A DNA stretch of 64,000 bases from Pristiophorus japonicus (Eukaryota), in NCBI RefSeq assembly GCF_044704955.1, contig NC_091997.1, forward strand, positions 37,014,001-37,078,000. Direction: 5' to 3'. Shown one piece after another: positions 50,501 through 62,924 of this stretch; position 1 is the first letter of the stretch, and every line of letters starts with the position of its first letter. Below the pieces are notes generated by a model that saw nothing but the letters and a program-made list of their open reading frames with translations, was not told the origin of the DNA and did no database searches. Made by a program: the position numbers and the translations under genes.

Positions 50501-51085
50501 GATCTGTGTTGGGGCCACAACTATTCAGAGTATTTATTCATGACTTAGATGATGGCATAGAAAGTCTCATATCCAAATTTCCCAAGACACAAAAATAGGC
50601 AGTACTGTAGGCAGTGTAGATGGAATCACAAAATGACGAAGGGATATCGACAGATTTAGTGAATGAGCAAAACTGTGGCAAATGGATTTCAATGTAGGTA
50701 AATGTTTCAGGTCCACTTTCGACCTAAAAAGGAGAGAACAGGATACTTTCTAAATGCTGCAAGGCTAAAAACAGTGGAGGTCCACAGAGAATCAGGGGTC
50801 CAGGTACATAGATCATTAAAATGGCATGAACAGGTACAGAAAATAATCAAAAAGGCTAATGGAATGCTGGCCTTTATATCCAGAGGACTAGAATACAAGG
50901 GGGTAGAAGTTATGCTGCAGCCATACAAAGCCCTGGTTAGACCACACCTGGAGCACTGTGAGCAGTTCTGAGCACCACACCTTAGGCCACACCTGGAGTA
51001 CTGTGAGCAGTGCTGGGCACCACATCTTAGGGAGGATATATCGGCCTTGGAGGGAATGTAGCGTAGGTTTACCAGAACGATACCG
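47546..51085 (+). mobile_element. Long decayed CR1 spanning the ORF1 esterase end, APE endonuclease and RT; interrupted by a minus-strand CR1 (~47676-48380)
   Basis: NTWLKEWCGKEGF and WDGLYLNQAG (SGNH-like); GGVALVIK, GVVYRPP, GHFNF, SDHN (APE); SPGPDGFH and later RT motifs. Confidence 0.8.
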
Positions 51086-53360
51086 GGGTGCCGCAGGGAT
51101 CAGGGCTGGGACCCCAACTATTTACAATCTATATTAACAACTTGGATGAAGGGACCGAGTGTAACGTAGACAAGTTTGCTGATGATACAAAGATGGGAGG
51201 AAAAACAATGTGTGAGGAGGACACAAAAAATCCTGCAAAAGGACATAGACAGGCTAAGTGAATGGGCAAAAATTTGGCAGATGGAGTATAATGTTGGAAA
51301 GTGTGAGGTTATGCACTTTGGCAGAAAAATCAAAGAGCAAGTTATTATTTAAATGGAGAAAAATTGCAAAATGCTGCAGGACCTAGGGGTCCTGGTGCAT
51401 GAAACACAAAAGGTTAGTATGCAGGTATAGCAAGTGATCAGGAAGACAAATGGAATCTTGGTGTTTATTGCAAAGGGGATGGAGTATAAAAGTAGGGAAG
51501 TCTTGCTACAGTTATACAGGGTAATGGTGAGGCCACACCTAGAATACTGCGTGCAGTTTTGGTTTCTATATTTAAAAAAAGATGTACTTGCTTTGGAGGC
51601 AGTTCAGAGAAGGTTCATTCGGTTGATTCCGGAGATGAGGGGGTTGACTTATGAGGAAAGGTTGAGGAGGTTGGGCCTCTACTCATTGGAATTCAGAAGA
51701 ATGAGAGGCGATCTTATTGAAATGTATAAGATTATGAGGGGGCGTGACAAGGTGGATGCAGAGTGGATGTTTCCACTGATAGGGGAGACTAGAACTAGAG
51801 GGCATGATCTTAGAATAAGGGGCCACCCATTTAAAACTGAGATGAGAAGGAATTTCTTCTCTCAGAGGGTTGTAAATCTGTGGAATTCGCTGCCTCAGAG
51901 AGCTGTGGAAGCTGGGACATTGAATAAATTTAAGACAGAGACAGATAGTTTCTTAACAGATAAGGGGATAAAGGGTTATGGGGAGCGGGCAGGGAAGTGG
52001 AGCTGAGTCCCTGATCGGATCAGCTATGATCGTATTAAGTGGCGGAGCAGGCTCGAGGGGCCGTATGGCCTACTCCTGTTCCTATTTCATATGTTCTTAT
52101 GTAAGATATTAAGGGGAACTGATACGGTAGATAGAGAGAAACAATTTCTGCTGGTTGGGGAGACACTGGAGAGGGTGCAGAGAAGATTTACATGGATGGT
52201 ACCAGAAATGTAAGAGTGTACCTCTCAGGGAAAGATGAACAAGCTGGGTCTCTTTTCTCTTGAAAAAAGGCGGCTAAGTGGTGACCTAATTGAGGTCTTT
52301 CAAATGATGAAAGGTTTTGATAGAGTGGATACGGAGAGAATGTTCCACTTGTGGGGAAGAGCGAATCTAGAGGCCACCAATATAAGATCGTCACCAATAA
52401 ATCCAGAATTCAGAAGAAACTTCTTTACCCAGAGAGTGGTGAGAATGTGGAACTCGCTGCCACAGGGAGTGGTTGAAGCGAATAGTATCGATGCATTTAA
52501 GGGGAGGCTAGACAAGCATATGGGGGAGAAAGGAATAGAGGGTTATGCTGATAGATTTAGATGAGGAAAGACGGGAGGAGGCTCGAGTGGAGCATAAACG
52601 CCGGCATGGACTGGTTGGGCTGAATGGCCTGTTTCTGAGCCGTATATCCGATGTAATATTGCCTCTCTTCATTCTTCCTACCAAAATTTATCACTTCGCA
52701 CTTTTCTGTGTTAAATTTCATCTGCCACGTGTCCACCCATTCCACTAGCCTGTCCTATGTCCTCTTGAAGTCTTACTGCAACTATATAGGGCATTGGTGA
52801 GACCACACCTGAGGTATTGTGTACAGTTTTGGTCTCTTTATCCAAGGAAGGATATACTTACCTTAGAGGGAATGCAACATAGGTTCACCAGACTGATTCC
52901 TGGAATGGGGGGGGGGGAATTGTCCGATGAGGAGAGATTGAGCAGACTGGGCCGATATTCCCCAGAGTTTAGAAGAATGAGAGGTGATCCCATTGAAATG
53001 TTAAAATTCTTAAGCGGCTTGACTGGGTAGATACTGGGAAAATCATTCCCCTGGCTGGAGAATCTATAACTAGGGGTCAGTCTCAGAATAGAGGGTCAGC
53101 CATTTAGGACTGAGATGAGGAAAAGTTTCTTCACTCAGAGGGTTATGAATCTTTGGAATTCTCTACCCCAGAGGGCTGTGGATGCTCAGTCGTTGAATAT
53201 ATTCAAGACAGAGATCGATAAATGTTGGATATTAAGGGAATTAAGGGATATGGGGATAGTGCGGGAAAGTGGAGTTGAGGTCGAAGATCAGCCATGATCT
53301 TATTAAATGATGGAGCAGGCTCGAGGGGCCAAATTGCCTACTCCTGCTCCTAATTCTTAT
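51086..53360 (+). mobile_element. Cluster of at least three CR1 3' fragments
   Basis: ORFs 51434..52006, 52235..52564, 52794..53030 and 53115..53297 with CR1 C-terminal motifs and 3' UTRs. Confidence 0.9.
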
Positions 53361-53444
53361 CTTTTTTCACGAGGAGGAGCCAATAGAAATCTAATTGTCC
53401 CCTTCGTGCAGTCGCTTAAGGAATGATCGATGGAGTGATTCAAC

Positions 53445-53718
53445 ACACCCCTGCCCGCTCCCCTTCCCCACCTCCCGCACCCTCTCCCCATTCCCGTCCC
53501 GCCCGCACCCCACCCACCCTCTCCCTTTAACCCCCACCTGCTCCCCTTCCCCACCTCCCGTACCCTCTCCCCATTCCCCTCCCGCCCACCCTCTCCTTGT
53601 AGCCTCCACCAGCTCCCCTTCCCCACCTCCCGTGCCCCGCTCCCACCCTCTCCCCATTCCCCCCCCACCCGCCATCTCCCTCACCCGCCCACTCCCCCAC
53701 CACCCTCTCCCCATCCTC
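53445..53718 (+). repeat. C-rich low-complexity repeat
   Basis: Recurrent CTCCCCTTCCCCACCTCCCG units. Confidence 0.8.
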
Positions 53719-54061
53719 ACAGGCATTAGAATAAGCCTTGGACGAGGGTGGGATAAATCGGCCAGAGTTCCCGCTCCTGATTCCTGCTAGAACCTGTGTG
53801 GACACAGGGTGAGACCAGGATCAGGCTCGGGCCGATGCCCCCCTAGCACGGTGTGTGAATAGCCCGACAATACTCAGCATTCCCAGGGATCGCTGAGAGG
53901 TTTGAAAGGCAATGCCGGAGGGTGCAGGGCAGGCAGGCAGTTACGATCCTGACAGTGGGGGTGGAACACTGAACAAGCCCAGAGACACCACGGCTTTACA
54001 AATAACTGGGTTTATAGATGCCACCACGGGAGAGCAGAGCAGAGACAAGTGTTGGGGTTAC

Positions 54062-54214
54062 CATGGCGAAAGAGATGCAGGTTTGGTACATCGGAGACTC
54101 GATAGGCACAGCTGCCCGGTATCGGCCCAACATTGCAAAGTTGGCCAGTCCGTTCAGCACTGAGGCAATGGCCGAAGCAGGCTCCTGGAAGAAGAGGAAT
54201 CGGTAGAAGGGCCA
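54062..54214 (-). CDS. PGAP3: PGAP3 exon 3
   Basis: [51 protein letters not shown]; 153 nt; AG/GT. Confidence 0.96.
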
Positions 54215-54542
54215 CTGCAAGAGGAAATGCAAACACAGGCACTGGTCAAAGCACAGAGAGCGCCCGGCATCCCAAGCCTCCCCTCCTCTCTCATTCATCC
54301 TGTCCACCCCCTCCTACTCACTCGCCTCCCGACTGTTCCCTCCCTCCATTCCCTTCCGACCCACCAATGCCCTCACCCCCAATTCTCCTCTCCCCAAGGT
54401 GGGGTCTCGGCAAGGGAATTTCAGGCTCCCCATTCGTTCCCTGCTGTCAAATCAGAGCCCCAGCCAATGAAAGTGCTGACAGCTGAAGCTGTCATCGATC
54501 ACATGCCTGTCAGTCAGCGCCTCGCGGCAGCGACAACTTTAC

Positions 54543-54640
54543 CTTGCCATGAAATTGAGGCACGTTGTGTCCTTCTTTAACGTACAGTCCCACTGTCGCC
54601 CACATACAGTTGTACTTACAGTCATCAGCACAGCTCCAGC
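54543..54640 (-). CDS. PGAP3: PGAP3 exon 2
   Basis: (G)[32 protein letters not shown]; 98 nt; AG/GT. Confidence 0.97.
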
Positions 54641-54941
54641 CTGCCAACACAAACAGACACAAACAACGTCAAAGCTCAGACTGCTGACGGCAACTCATTC
54701 CGACAAAGCTTCATCGCTCGGAGGCAGCGCAGCATTAATGTGTTGGCCATTGCCCGAGAATAAGCCACACAAACCAGACGGGCGCAGGCTCCATCCCCAG
54801 CCTATGATGAGCGGGCTGATCTCAGATGGGCCGCGCTACCCCAGGAACTCAGGAAAGGAAATCCAACTGCTTCCTGTTCCTGATCAATTTCTACTCACTC
54901 CAACTGGACTGGAAAGGACGTGAACATCATGCACAGACGGA

Positions 54942-57905
54942 ATAGAAACAGAAATTTACAGCGTAGGAGGAGGCCATCTCAGCCCATCGTGTCCATGCCG
55001 GCCGACAAAGAGCCCAACGGCCCTCGGTCAGCAACCCTGAAGGTTACATATAAACCTATGAACAATGGCGGAAAGGTAAAAAGCACCCAGCCCAACCAGT
55101 CTGCCTCACACAACTGCGACACCCCTTATACTGAAACATTCTATACTCCACCCCAACCGAAGCCATGTGATCTCCTGAGAGAGGCAAAAACCAGATAAAA
55201 ACCCAGGCCAATTAGGGAAATAAAAATCTGTGAAAATTCCTCTCCGACCCATCAGGTGATCGAAACTAATCCACGAGATCACCCTGGCCGTATTAGATTC
55301 CATGATGTACTTACCATCGTGCCAGCTCTAGGTCCGTAACCCTGCAGGTTATGGCACTTCAAGTGCCCATCCAAGCACCTTTTAAATGTGGTGAGGGTTT
55401 CTGCATCCACCATCCTTCCAGGCAGTGAGATAGAAATCCCCACAACCCTCTACGTGAAGAAGCCCCCCTCAAATCCCCTCTGAACCTTCCACCAACTACC
55501 TTAAAACTATGCCCCCTCGTAATTGACCCCTCCACCAATGGAAATAGGTCCTTGCTATACACTATATCGAGGCCCCTCAAAATGTTATGTGCCTCAATAA
55601 GGTCTCCCCTCAGCCTCCCCTGTTCCAATGAGAAACATAGAAAGTAGGTGCAGGAGTAGGCCATTCGGCCCTTCGAGCCTGCACCACCATTCAATAAGAT
55701 TATGGCTGATCATTCACCTCAGTACCCTTTCCTGCTTTCTCTCCATACCCCTTGATCCCTTTAGCAGTAAGGGCCATATCTAACTCCCCCTTGAATATAT
55801 CCAACGAACTGGCATCAACAATACTCTGCGGTAGGGAACTCCACAGGTTAACAACTCCCTCCGAGTGAAGAAGTTTCTCCTCATCTCAGTTCTAAATGGC
55901 TTACCCCTTATCCTTAGACTGTGTCCTCTGGTTCTGGACTTCCCCAACATCGGGAACATTCTTCCTGTGTCTAACCTGTCCCGTCCCGTCAAAATTTTAT
56001 CTGTTTCTATGAGATCCCCTCTCATCCTTCTAAACTCCAGTGAATAAAGGCCCAGTCGATCCAGTCTCTCCTCATATGTCAGTCTAGCCCTCCCTGGAAT
56101 CAGTCTGGAGAACCTTCGCTGCACTCCCTCAATAGCAAGAATGTCTTTCCTCAGATTTGGAGACCAAAACTGAACACAATATTCCAGGTGAGGCCTCACC
56201 AAGGTCCTGTACAACTGTAGTAAGACCCCCCTGCTCCTATACTCATAACCCCTAGCTATGAAGGCCAACATACCATTTGCCTTCTTCACCCAGCTTATCC
56301 AATCTGTCCTCATAGCTAAGATTCTCCATTCCAGGCAGCATCCTCGTAAATCTCCTCTGCACCCTCTCCAGTGCAATCATGTCCTTCCTATAATACGGCG
56401 ACCCGAACTGCACGCAGTATTCCAGCTGTGGCCTAACCAAAGTATTATACAATTTAAGCATAACCTCTCTGCTCTTGTATTCTATGCCTCGGCCAATAAA
56501 GGCAAGCATTCCGTATGCCTTCTTAACCACCTTATCCACCTGGCCTGCTTCTTTCAGGGATCTGTGGATAAACACTCCAAGGTCCTTCTGTTCATCTACA
56601 CTATTAAGTGACCTACCATTTAATGTGTATACCCTTTCCTTATTAGCCCTCCCCAAGTGCATCACCTTACACTTCTGAATTAAATTCCATTTGCCACTAC
56701 TCTGCCCACCTGACCAGTAGATTTATATCCTCCTGCAGTCCATGACTTTCCTCTTCATTATCAACCACACAGCCAATTTGAGTGTCATCTTCAAACTTCT
56801 TAATCATACCCCCTATATTCAAATCTAGATCATTGATGTATACCACAAAAAGCAAGGGACCCAGTACTGAGCCCTGCAGAACCCCAATGGAAACATCCTT
56901 CCAGTCACAAAAACTCTCATCAACCATTACCCTTTGCTTCCTACCTCCAAGCCAATTTTGGATCCAACTTGCCACTTTGCCCTGGATCTCATGGGCTTTT
57001 ACCTTCATGACCAGTCTGCCATGTGGGACCTTATCAAAAGCTTTGCTAAAGTCAATATACACATCATACGCACTACCCTCATCGACCCTCCTGGTTACCT
57101 CCTCGAAAAATTCAATCGGGTTAGTCAAACACGACCTTCCCTTAACAAATCCGTGCTGACTGTCCCGGATTAATCCTTGCCTTTCCAAATGTAGATTTAT
57201 CCTGTCTTTCAGGATTTTTTCCAATAATTTTCCCACCACTGAGGTTAGGCTGACAGGCCTGTAATTACTCGGCCTCTCCCTTTCTCCCTTCTTAAACAAG
57301 GGTACCACATTAGCAGTCCTCCAATCCTCCGGCACCATGCCTGAATCCAAAGAGGACTGGAAAATGATGGTCAAGGCCTCTGCTATTTTCTCTCTTGCTT
57401 TGGTCAACAGCCTGGGATGCACTTCATCCGGGTCTGGGGACTTATCCACTTTCAATGCTGCCAAACCCCCCAATACCTCCTCTTTCACTATGTCTATTTC
57501 GTCCAGAATTTCACACTCCTCCTCAATAGCAGTATCTACATTACCCCTTTCCTTTGTGAAAACAGACGCAAAGTATTAATTAAGAAGCATACCAACATCT
57601 TCCGCCTCCATACACAGATTACCCTCATGGTTTCTAATAGGCCCTACCCTTTCTTTAGTTACCCTCTTGCTCTTAATATATTTATAGAACATCTTTGGGT
57701 TTTCCTTGATTTTACTTGCCATGAATTTTTCATGCTCTGTCTTAGCATTCCAAATATCCTTCTTAATTTTACCTCTGAACTTTCTATATTCCTCCAGAGA
57801 TTCTACAGTATTTAGCTGTCGGTATATGACATAAGCTTTCCTTTTTTTCTTTCTCCTCCCTTGTAAGTCCCAAATCATCAGGGGCTCTAGAATTGTTATT
57901 CCCAC
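54942..57905 (-). mobile_element. CR1 LINE with an extended 3' UTR, interrupted by another CR1 3' fragment (~55633-56288)
   Basis: ORFs 57576..57905, 56697..57488 and 56252..56665; host sequence TGTTCCAATGAGAA resumes as CCCAGCTTATCC after the insert. Confidence 0.92.
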
Positions 57906-57914
57906 CCTCCAGAC

Positions 57915-58756
57915 AGTCAGTGCCTGTGGAACCGTACCCGAGTGAGAGTCAGTGTGTGTGTGTGGGACCCGTACCCCAGTGAGAGTCAGTGTGTGTGGGA
58001 CTGTACCCCAGTGAGAATCAGTGTGTGTGGGACCCGTACCCCAGTGAGAGTCAGTGTGTGTGGGACTGTACCCCAGTGAGAATCAGTGTGTGTGGGACGA
58101 TACCCGTGTGAGAGTCAGTGTGTGTGGAACTGTAACCCAGTGAGAGTCAGTGTGTGTGGAACTGTACCCCAGTGAGAGTCAGTATGTGTGTAACCGTACC
58201 CCAGTGAGAGTCAGTGTGTGTGGGACTGTACCCCAGTGAGAGTCAGTGTGTGTGGGACTGTACCCCAGTGAGAGTCAGTGTGTGTGGGACTGTACCCCAG
58301 TGAGAGTCAGTGTGTGTGGGACTGTACCCCAGTGAGAGTCAGTGTGTGTAGAACTGCACCCCAGTGAGAGTCAGTATGTGTGGGACTGCACCCCAGTGAG
58401 AGTCAGTGTGTGTGGGACTGCACCCCAGTGAGAGTCAGTGTGTGTGGGACCCGTACCCCTGTGAGAGTCATTGTGCGTAGGATCCGTACCCTAGTGAGAG
58501 TCAGTGTGTGTGGAACAGTATCCAGGTGAGAGTCAGAGTTTGTAGAACTGCACCCCAGTGAGAGTCAGTGTGTGTGGGACCCGTACCCCAGTGAGAGTCA
58601 GTGTGTGTGGGACCCGTACCCCAGTGAGAGTCAGTGTGTGTGGAACTGTACCCCAGTGAGAGTCAGTGTGTGTGGAACTGTACCCCAGTGAGAGTCAGTG
58701 TGTGTGGAACTGTACCCCAGTGAGAGTCAGTGTGTGGGGACCCGTACCCCAGTGAG
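57915..58756 (+). repeat. GAGAGTCAGTGTGTGTGGGACTGTACCCCAGT minisatellite, left part
   Basis: About 25 tandem units. Confidence 0.95.
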
Positions 58757-61675
58757 AAACATAGAAAATAGAAACATAGAAAATAGGTGCAGGAGTCGGC
58801 CATTCAGCCCTTCGAGCCTGCACCGCCATTCAATAAGATCATGGCTGATCATTCCCCTCAGTACCCCTTTCCTGCTTTCTCTCCATACCCCTTGATCTCT
58901 TTAGCCGTAAGGGCCATATCTAACTCTCCCTTGAATATATCCAATGAACTGGCATCAACAACTTTCTGCGGCAGGGAATTCCGCAGGTTAACAACTCTCT
59001 GAGTGAAGAAGTTTTTCCTCATCTCAGTCCTAAATGGCTTACCCCTTATCGTTAGACTATGGCCCTTGGTTCTGGACTTTCCCAACATCGGGAACATTCT
59101 TCCTGTATCTAACCTGTCCAGTCCCATCAGAATTTTATATGTTTCTATGAGATCCCCTCTCATCCTTCTAAACGCCAGTGAATATAGGCTCAGTCAATCC
59201 AGTCTCTCCTCATATGTCAGTCCTGCCACCCCGGGAATCAGTCTGGTGAACCTTCGCTGCACTCCCTCAATATCAAGAACGTCCTTCCTCAGGTTGGGAG
59301 ACCAAAACTGAACACAATATTCCAGGTGCGGCCTCACCAAGGCCCTGTACAACTGCAGTGAGACCTCCCTGCTCCTCTACTCAAATCCCCTAGCTATGAA
59401 GGCCAACATGCCATTTGCCTTCTTCACCACCTGCTGTATCTGCATTCCAACTTTCAATGACTGATGAACCATGACACCCAGGTCGCGCTGCACCTCCCCT
59501 TTTCCTAATCTGCCGCTATTCAGATAATATTCTGCCTTCGTGTTTTTGCCCCCAAAGTGGATAACCTCACATTTATCCACATTATACTGCATTTGCCATG
59601 CGTTTACCCACTCACCTAACCTGTCCAAGTCACCCTGCAGCCTTTTAGCATCCTCCTCACAGCTCACACTGCCACCCAGCTTAGTGTCATCTGCAAACTT
59701 GGAGATATTACACTCAATTCCCTCATCCAAATCATTAACGTATATTGTTAATAGCTGGGGTCCCAGCACTGAGCCCTGCGGCACCCCATTAGTCACTGCC
59801 TGCCATTCTGAAAAAGACCCTTTTATCCCGATTCTCTGCTTCTTGTCTGCTGACCATAGAAACATAGAAACATAGAAAATAGGTGCAGGAGTAGGCCATT
59901 CGGCCCTTCTAGCCTGCACCGCCATTCAATGAGTTCATGGCTGAACATTCAACTTCAGTACCCCATTCCTGCTTTCTCGCCATACCCCTTGATCCCCCTA
60001 GCAGTAAGGACCTCATCTAACTCCTTTTTGAATATATTTAGTGAATTGGCCTCAACAACTTTCTGTGGTAGAGAATTCCACAGGTTCACCACTCTCTGGG
60101 TGAAGAAGTTCCTCCGCATCTCGGTCCTAAATGGCTTACCCCTTATCCTTAGACTGTGACCCCTGGTTCTGGACTTCCCCAACATTGGGAACATTCTTCC
60201 TGCATCTAACCTGTCTAACCCCGTCAGAATTTTATATGTTTCTATGAGGTCCCCTCTCATTCTTCTGAACTCCAGTGAATACAAGCCCAGTTGATCCAGT
60301 CTTTCTTGATAGGTCAGTCCCGCCATCCCGGGAATCAGTCTGGTGAACCTTCGCTGCACTCCCTCAATAGCAAGAATGTCCTTCCTCAGGTTAGGAGACC
60401 AAAACTGTACACAATACTCCAGGTGTGGCTTCACCAATGCCCTGTACAACTGTAGCAACACCTCCCTGCCCCTGTACTCAAATCCCCTTGCTATGAAGGC
60501 CAACATGCCATTTGCTTTCTTAACCGCCTGCTGCACCTGCATGCCAACCTTCAATGACTGATGTACCATGACACCCAGGTCTCTTTGCACCTCCCCTTTT
60601 CCTAATCTGTCACCATTCAGATAATAGTCTGTCTCTCTGTTTTTACCACCAAAGTGGATAACCTCACATTTATCCACATTATACTTCATCTGCCATGCAT
60701 TTGCCCACTCACCTAACCTATCCAAGTCGCTCTGCAGCCTCACAGCATCCTCCTCGCAGCTCACACTGCCACCCAACTTAGTGTCATCCGCAAATTTGGA
60801 GATACTACATTTAATCCCCTCATCTAAATCATTAATGTACAGTGTAAACAGCTGGGGCCCCAGCACAGAACCTTGCGGTACCCCACTAGTCACTGCCTGC
60901 CATTCTGAAAAGTACCCATTTACTCCTACTCTTTGCTTCCTGTCTGACAACCAGTTCTCAATCCATGTCAGTACACTACCCCCAATCCCATGTGCTCTAA
61001 CTTTGCACATCAATCTCTTGTGTGGGACCTTGTCGAACGCCTTCTGAAAGTCCAAATATACCACATCAACTGGTTCTCCCTTATCCACTCTACTGGAAAC
61101 ATCCTCAAAAAATTCCAGAAGATTTGTCAAGCATGATTTCCCTTTCACAAATCCATGCTGACTTGGACCTATCATGTCACCTCTTTCCAAATGCACTGCT
61201 ATGACATCCTTAATAATTGATTCCATCATTTTACCCACTACCGATGTCAGGCTGACCGGTCTATAATTCCCTGTTTTCTCTCTCCCTCCTTTTTTAAAAA
61301 GTGGGGTTACATTGGCTACCCTCCACTCCATAGGAACTGATCCAGAGTCAATGGAATGTTGGAAAATGACTGTCAACGCATCCACTATTTCCAAGGCCAC
61401 CTCCTTAAGTACTCTGGGATGCAGTCCATCAGGCCCTGGGGATTTATCGGCCTTCAATCCCATCAATTTCCCCAACACAATTTCCCGGCTAATAAGGATT
61501 TCCCTCAGTTCCTCCTCCTTACTAGACCCCCCGACCCCTTTTATAACTGGAAGGTTGTTCGTGTCCTCCTTCGTGAATACCGAACCAGTTCTCTATCCAC
61601 GTCAGTACATTACCCCCAATACCATGTGCTTTAACGCTGCACACCAATCTCTTGTGTGGGACCTTGTCAAAAGCC
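58757..61675 (-). mobile_element. CR1 (58757-59856 plus 61584-61675) hosting a younger CR1
   Basis: Host RT sequence is continuous across the insert; ACCA at both junctions. Confidence 0.9.
59856..61587 (-). mobile_element. Young 5'-truncated CR1 with an uninterrupted 507-aa RT-to-stop ORF (59955..61478)
   Basis: All RT motifs in one frame (KSPGPDG, NYRPVSL, QHGF, DFQKAFD, GVPQGS, FADD); (AGAAACAT)n tail. Confidence 0.95.
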
Positions 61676-61676
61676 A

Positions 61677-62348
61677 GAGAGTCAGTGTGTGTGGGACTGT
61701 ACCTCAGCGAGAGTCAGTGTGTGTGGGACTGTACCTCAGCGAGAGTCAGTGTGTGTGGGACTGTACCTCAGCGAGAGTCAGTGTGTGTGGGACTGTACCT
61801 CAGCGAGAGTCAGTGTGTGTGGGACTGTACCTCAGCGAGAGTCAGTGTGTGTGGGACTGTACCTCAGCGAGAGTCAGTGTGTGTGGGACTGTACCTCAGC
61901 GAGAGTCAGTGTGTGTGGGACTGTACCTCAGCGAGAGTCAGTGTGTGTGGGACTGTACCTCAGTGAGAGTCAGTGTGTGTGGGACCCGAACCCCAGTGAG
62001 AGTCAGTGTGTGGGACTGTACCTCAGCGAGAGTCAGTGTGTGTGGGACTGTACCCCAGTGAGAGTCAGTGTGTGTGTGGGACTGTACCCCAGTGAGAGTC
62101 AGTGTGTGTGGGACCCGAACCCCAGTGAGAGTCAGTGTGTGTGGGACTGTACCCCAGTGAGTCAGTGTGTGTGGGACCTGAACCCCAGTGAGAGTCAGTG
62201 TGTGTGGGACTGTACCCCAGTGAGAGTCAGTGTGTGTGGGACCCGAACCCCAGTGAGAGTCAGTGTGTGGGACCCGAACCCCAGTGAGAGTCAGTGTGTG
62301 GGACCCGAACCCCAGTGGGAGTGAGTGTATGTGGGACTGTACCCCAGA
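61677..62348 (+). repeat. Same minisatellite, right part
   Basis: Array resumes after the nested CR1s. Confidence 0.95.
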
Positions 62349-62405
62349 GGTGAAGGATTAATGGTCACGGTGAAGGATTGGGGTGAGGTGTGAAGGGTCC
62401 CTCAC

Positions 62406-62583
62406 CTGCCAGCAGCATGTGGAGAGGCTGCAGTTTGCGGAAGGCCCGGAGCCCGGCGCCAGTGCAGTTTTCCTGCTCGCACAGCCAGACGCAGTGGCGG
62501 TAATGGGGCTCGCGGTCCCCCTGGGAGCAGCGCACGGCCCGCAGCCCCACCACACAGCACAGGGCCAGGGCGGCGGCCCACAT
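62406..62583 (-). CDS. PGAP3: PGAP3 exon 1 (post-GPI attachment to proteins phospholipase 3; signal peptide)
   Basis: [42 protein letters not shown]...QPLHMLLA(G), matching human SQGDREPVYRDC...QPIYMSLAG; GTGAG donor, phase 1. Confidence 0.96.
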
Positions 62584-62726
62584 CCCGGAGCCCAGCTCCC
62601 GGCTCCCCGCGCGGCCTCAACCCGCAGCCCGGGGTCCGTATCAGCCCAGCGCGCCGGCCCCGCCCCCGTCCACCGCGCTGGCCCCGCCCCCGCCCCGGAC
62701 CGGAAGTGAGTGCGGGCGGCGGGAGG
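62584..62726. promoter_or_regulatory. CpG-island bidirectional promoter
   Basis: 143 nt between divergent ATGs; tandem CCCCGCCCC (Sp1) boxes and CCGGAAGTG (ETS/GABP) at 62700-62708. Confidence 0.8.
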
Positions 62727-62781
62727 ATGCGGCTCGCGGGTCTGCTGCTGCTCAGCGCGCTGAGCTCCGCCCGGAGACCAG
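62727..62781 (+). CDS. ERBB2: Probable ERBB2 exon 1 (signal peptide MRLAGLLLLSALSSARRP)
   Basis: ATG with A at -3, hydrophobic core, phase-1 donor CCAG|GTGAGA as in ERBB exon 1, head-to-head with PGAP3. Identity rests on synteny rather than sequence similarity. Confidence 0.6.
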
Positions 62782-62924
62782 GTGAGAGCCCGCGGTCTTG
62801 GCCTGAGGGAAGGGAAGGGGAGCGGGGCTGAGGCTCGCGGCCTGGGCCCAGCCCGGGAGAGAGAGGCCTGAGGGCGCGGGGCCCGGCCCGGGAGAGGCGC
62901 TGCGGTCCCTCGATCTCCACGACC

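Noticed and set aside
59955-61478. 507-aa RT ORF as an active or domesticated gene
   Set aside because: 5'-truncated CR1 lacking ORF1, endonuclease and promoter; openness reflects recent insertion.
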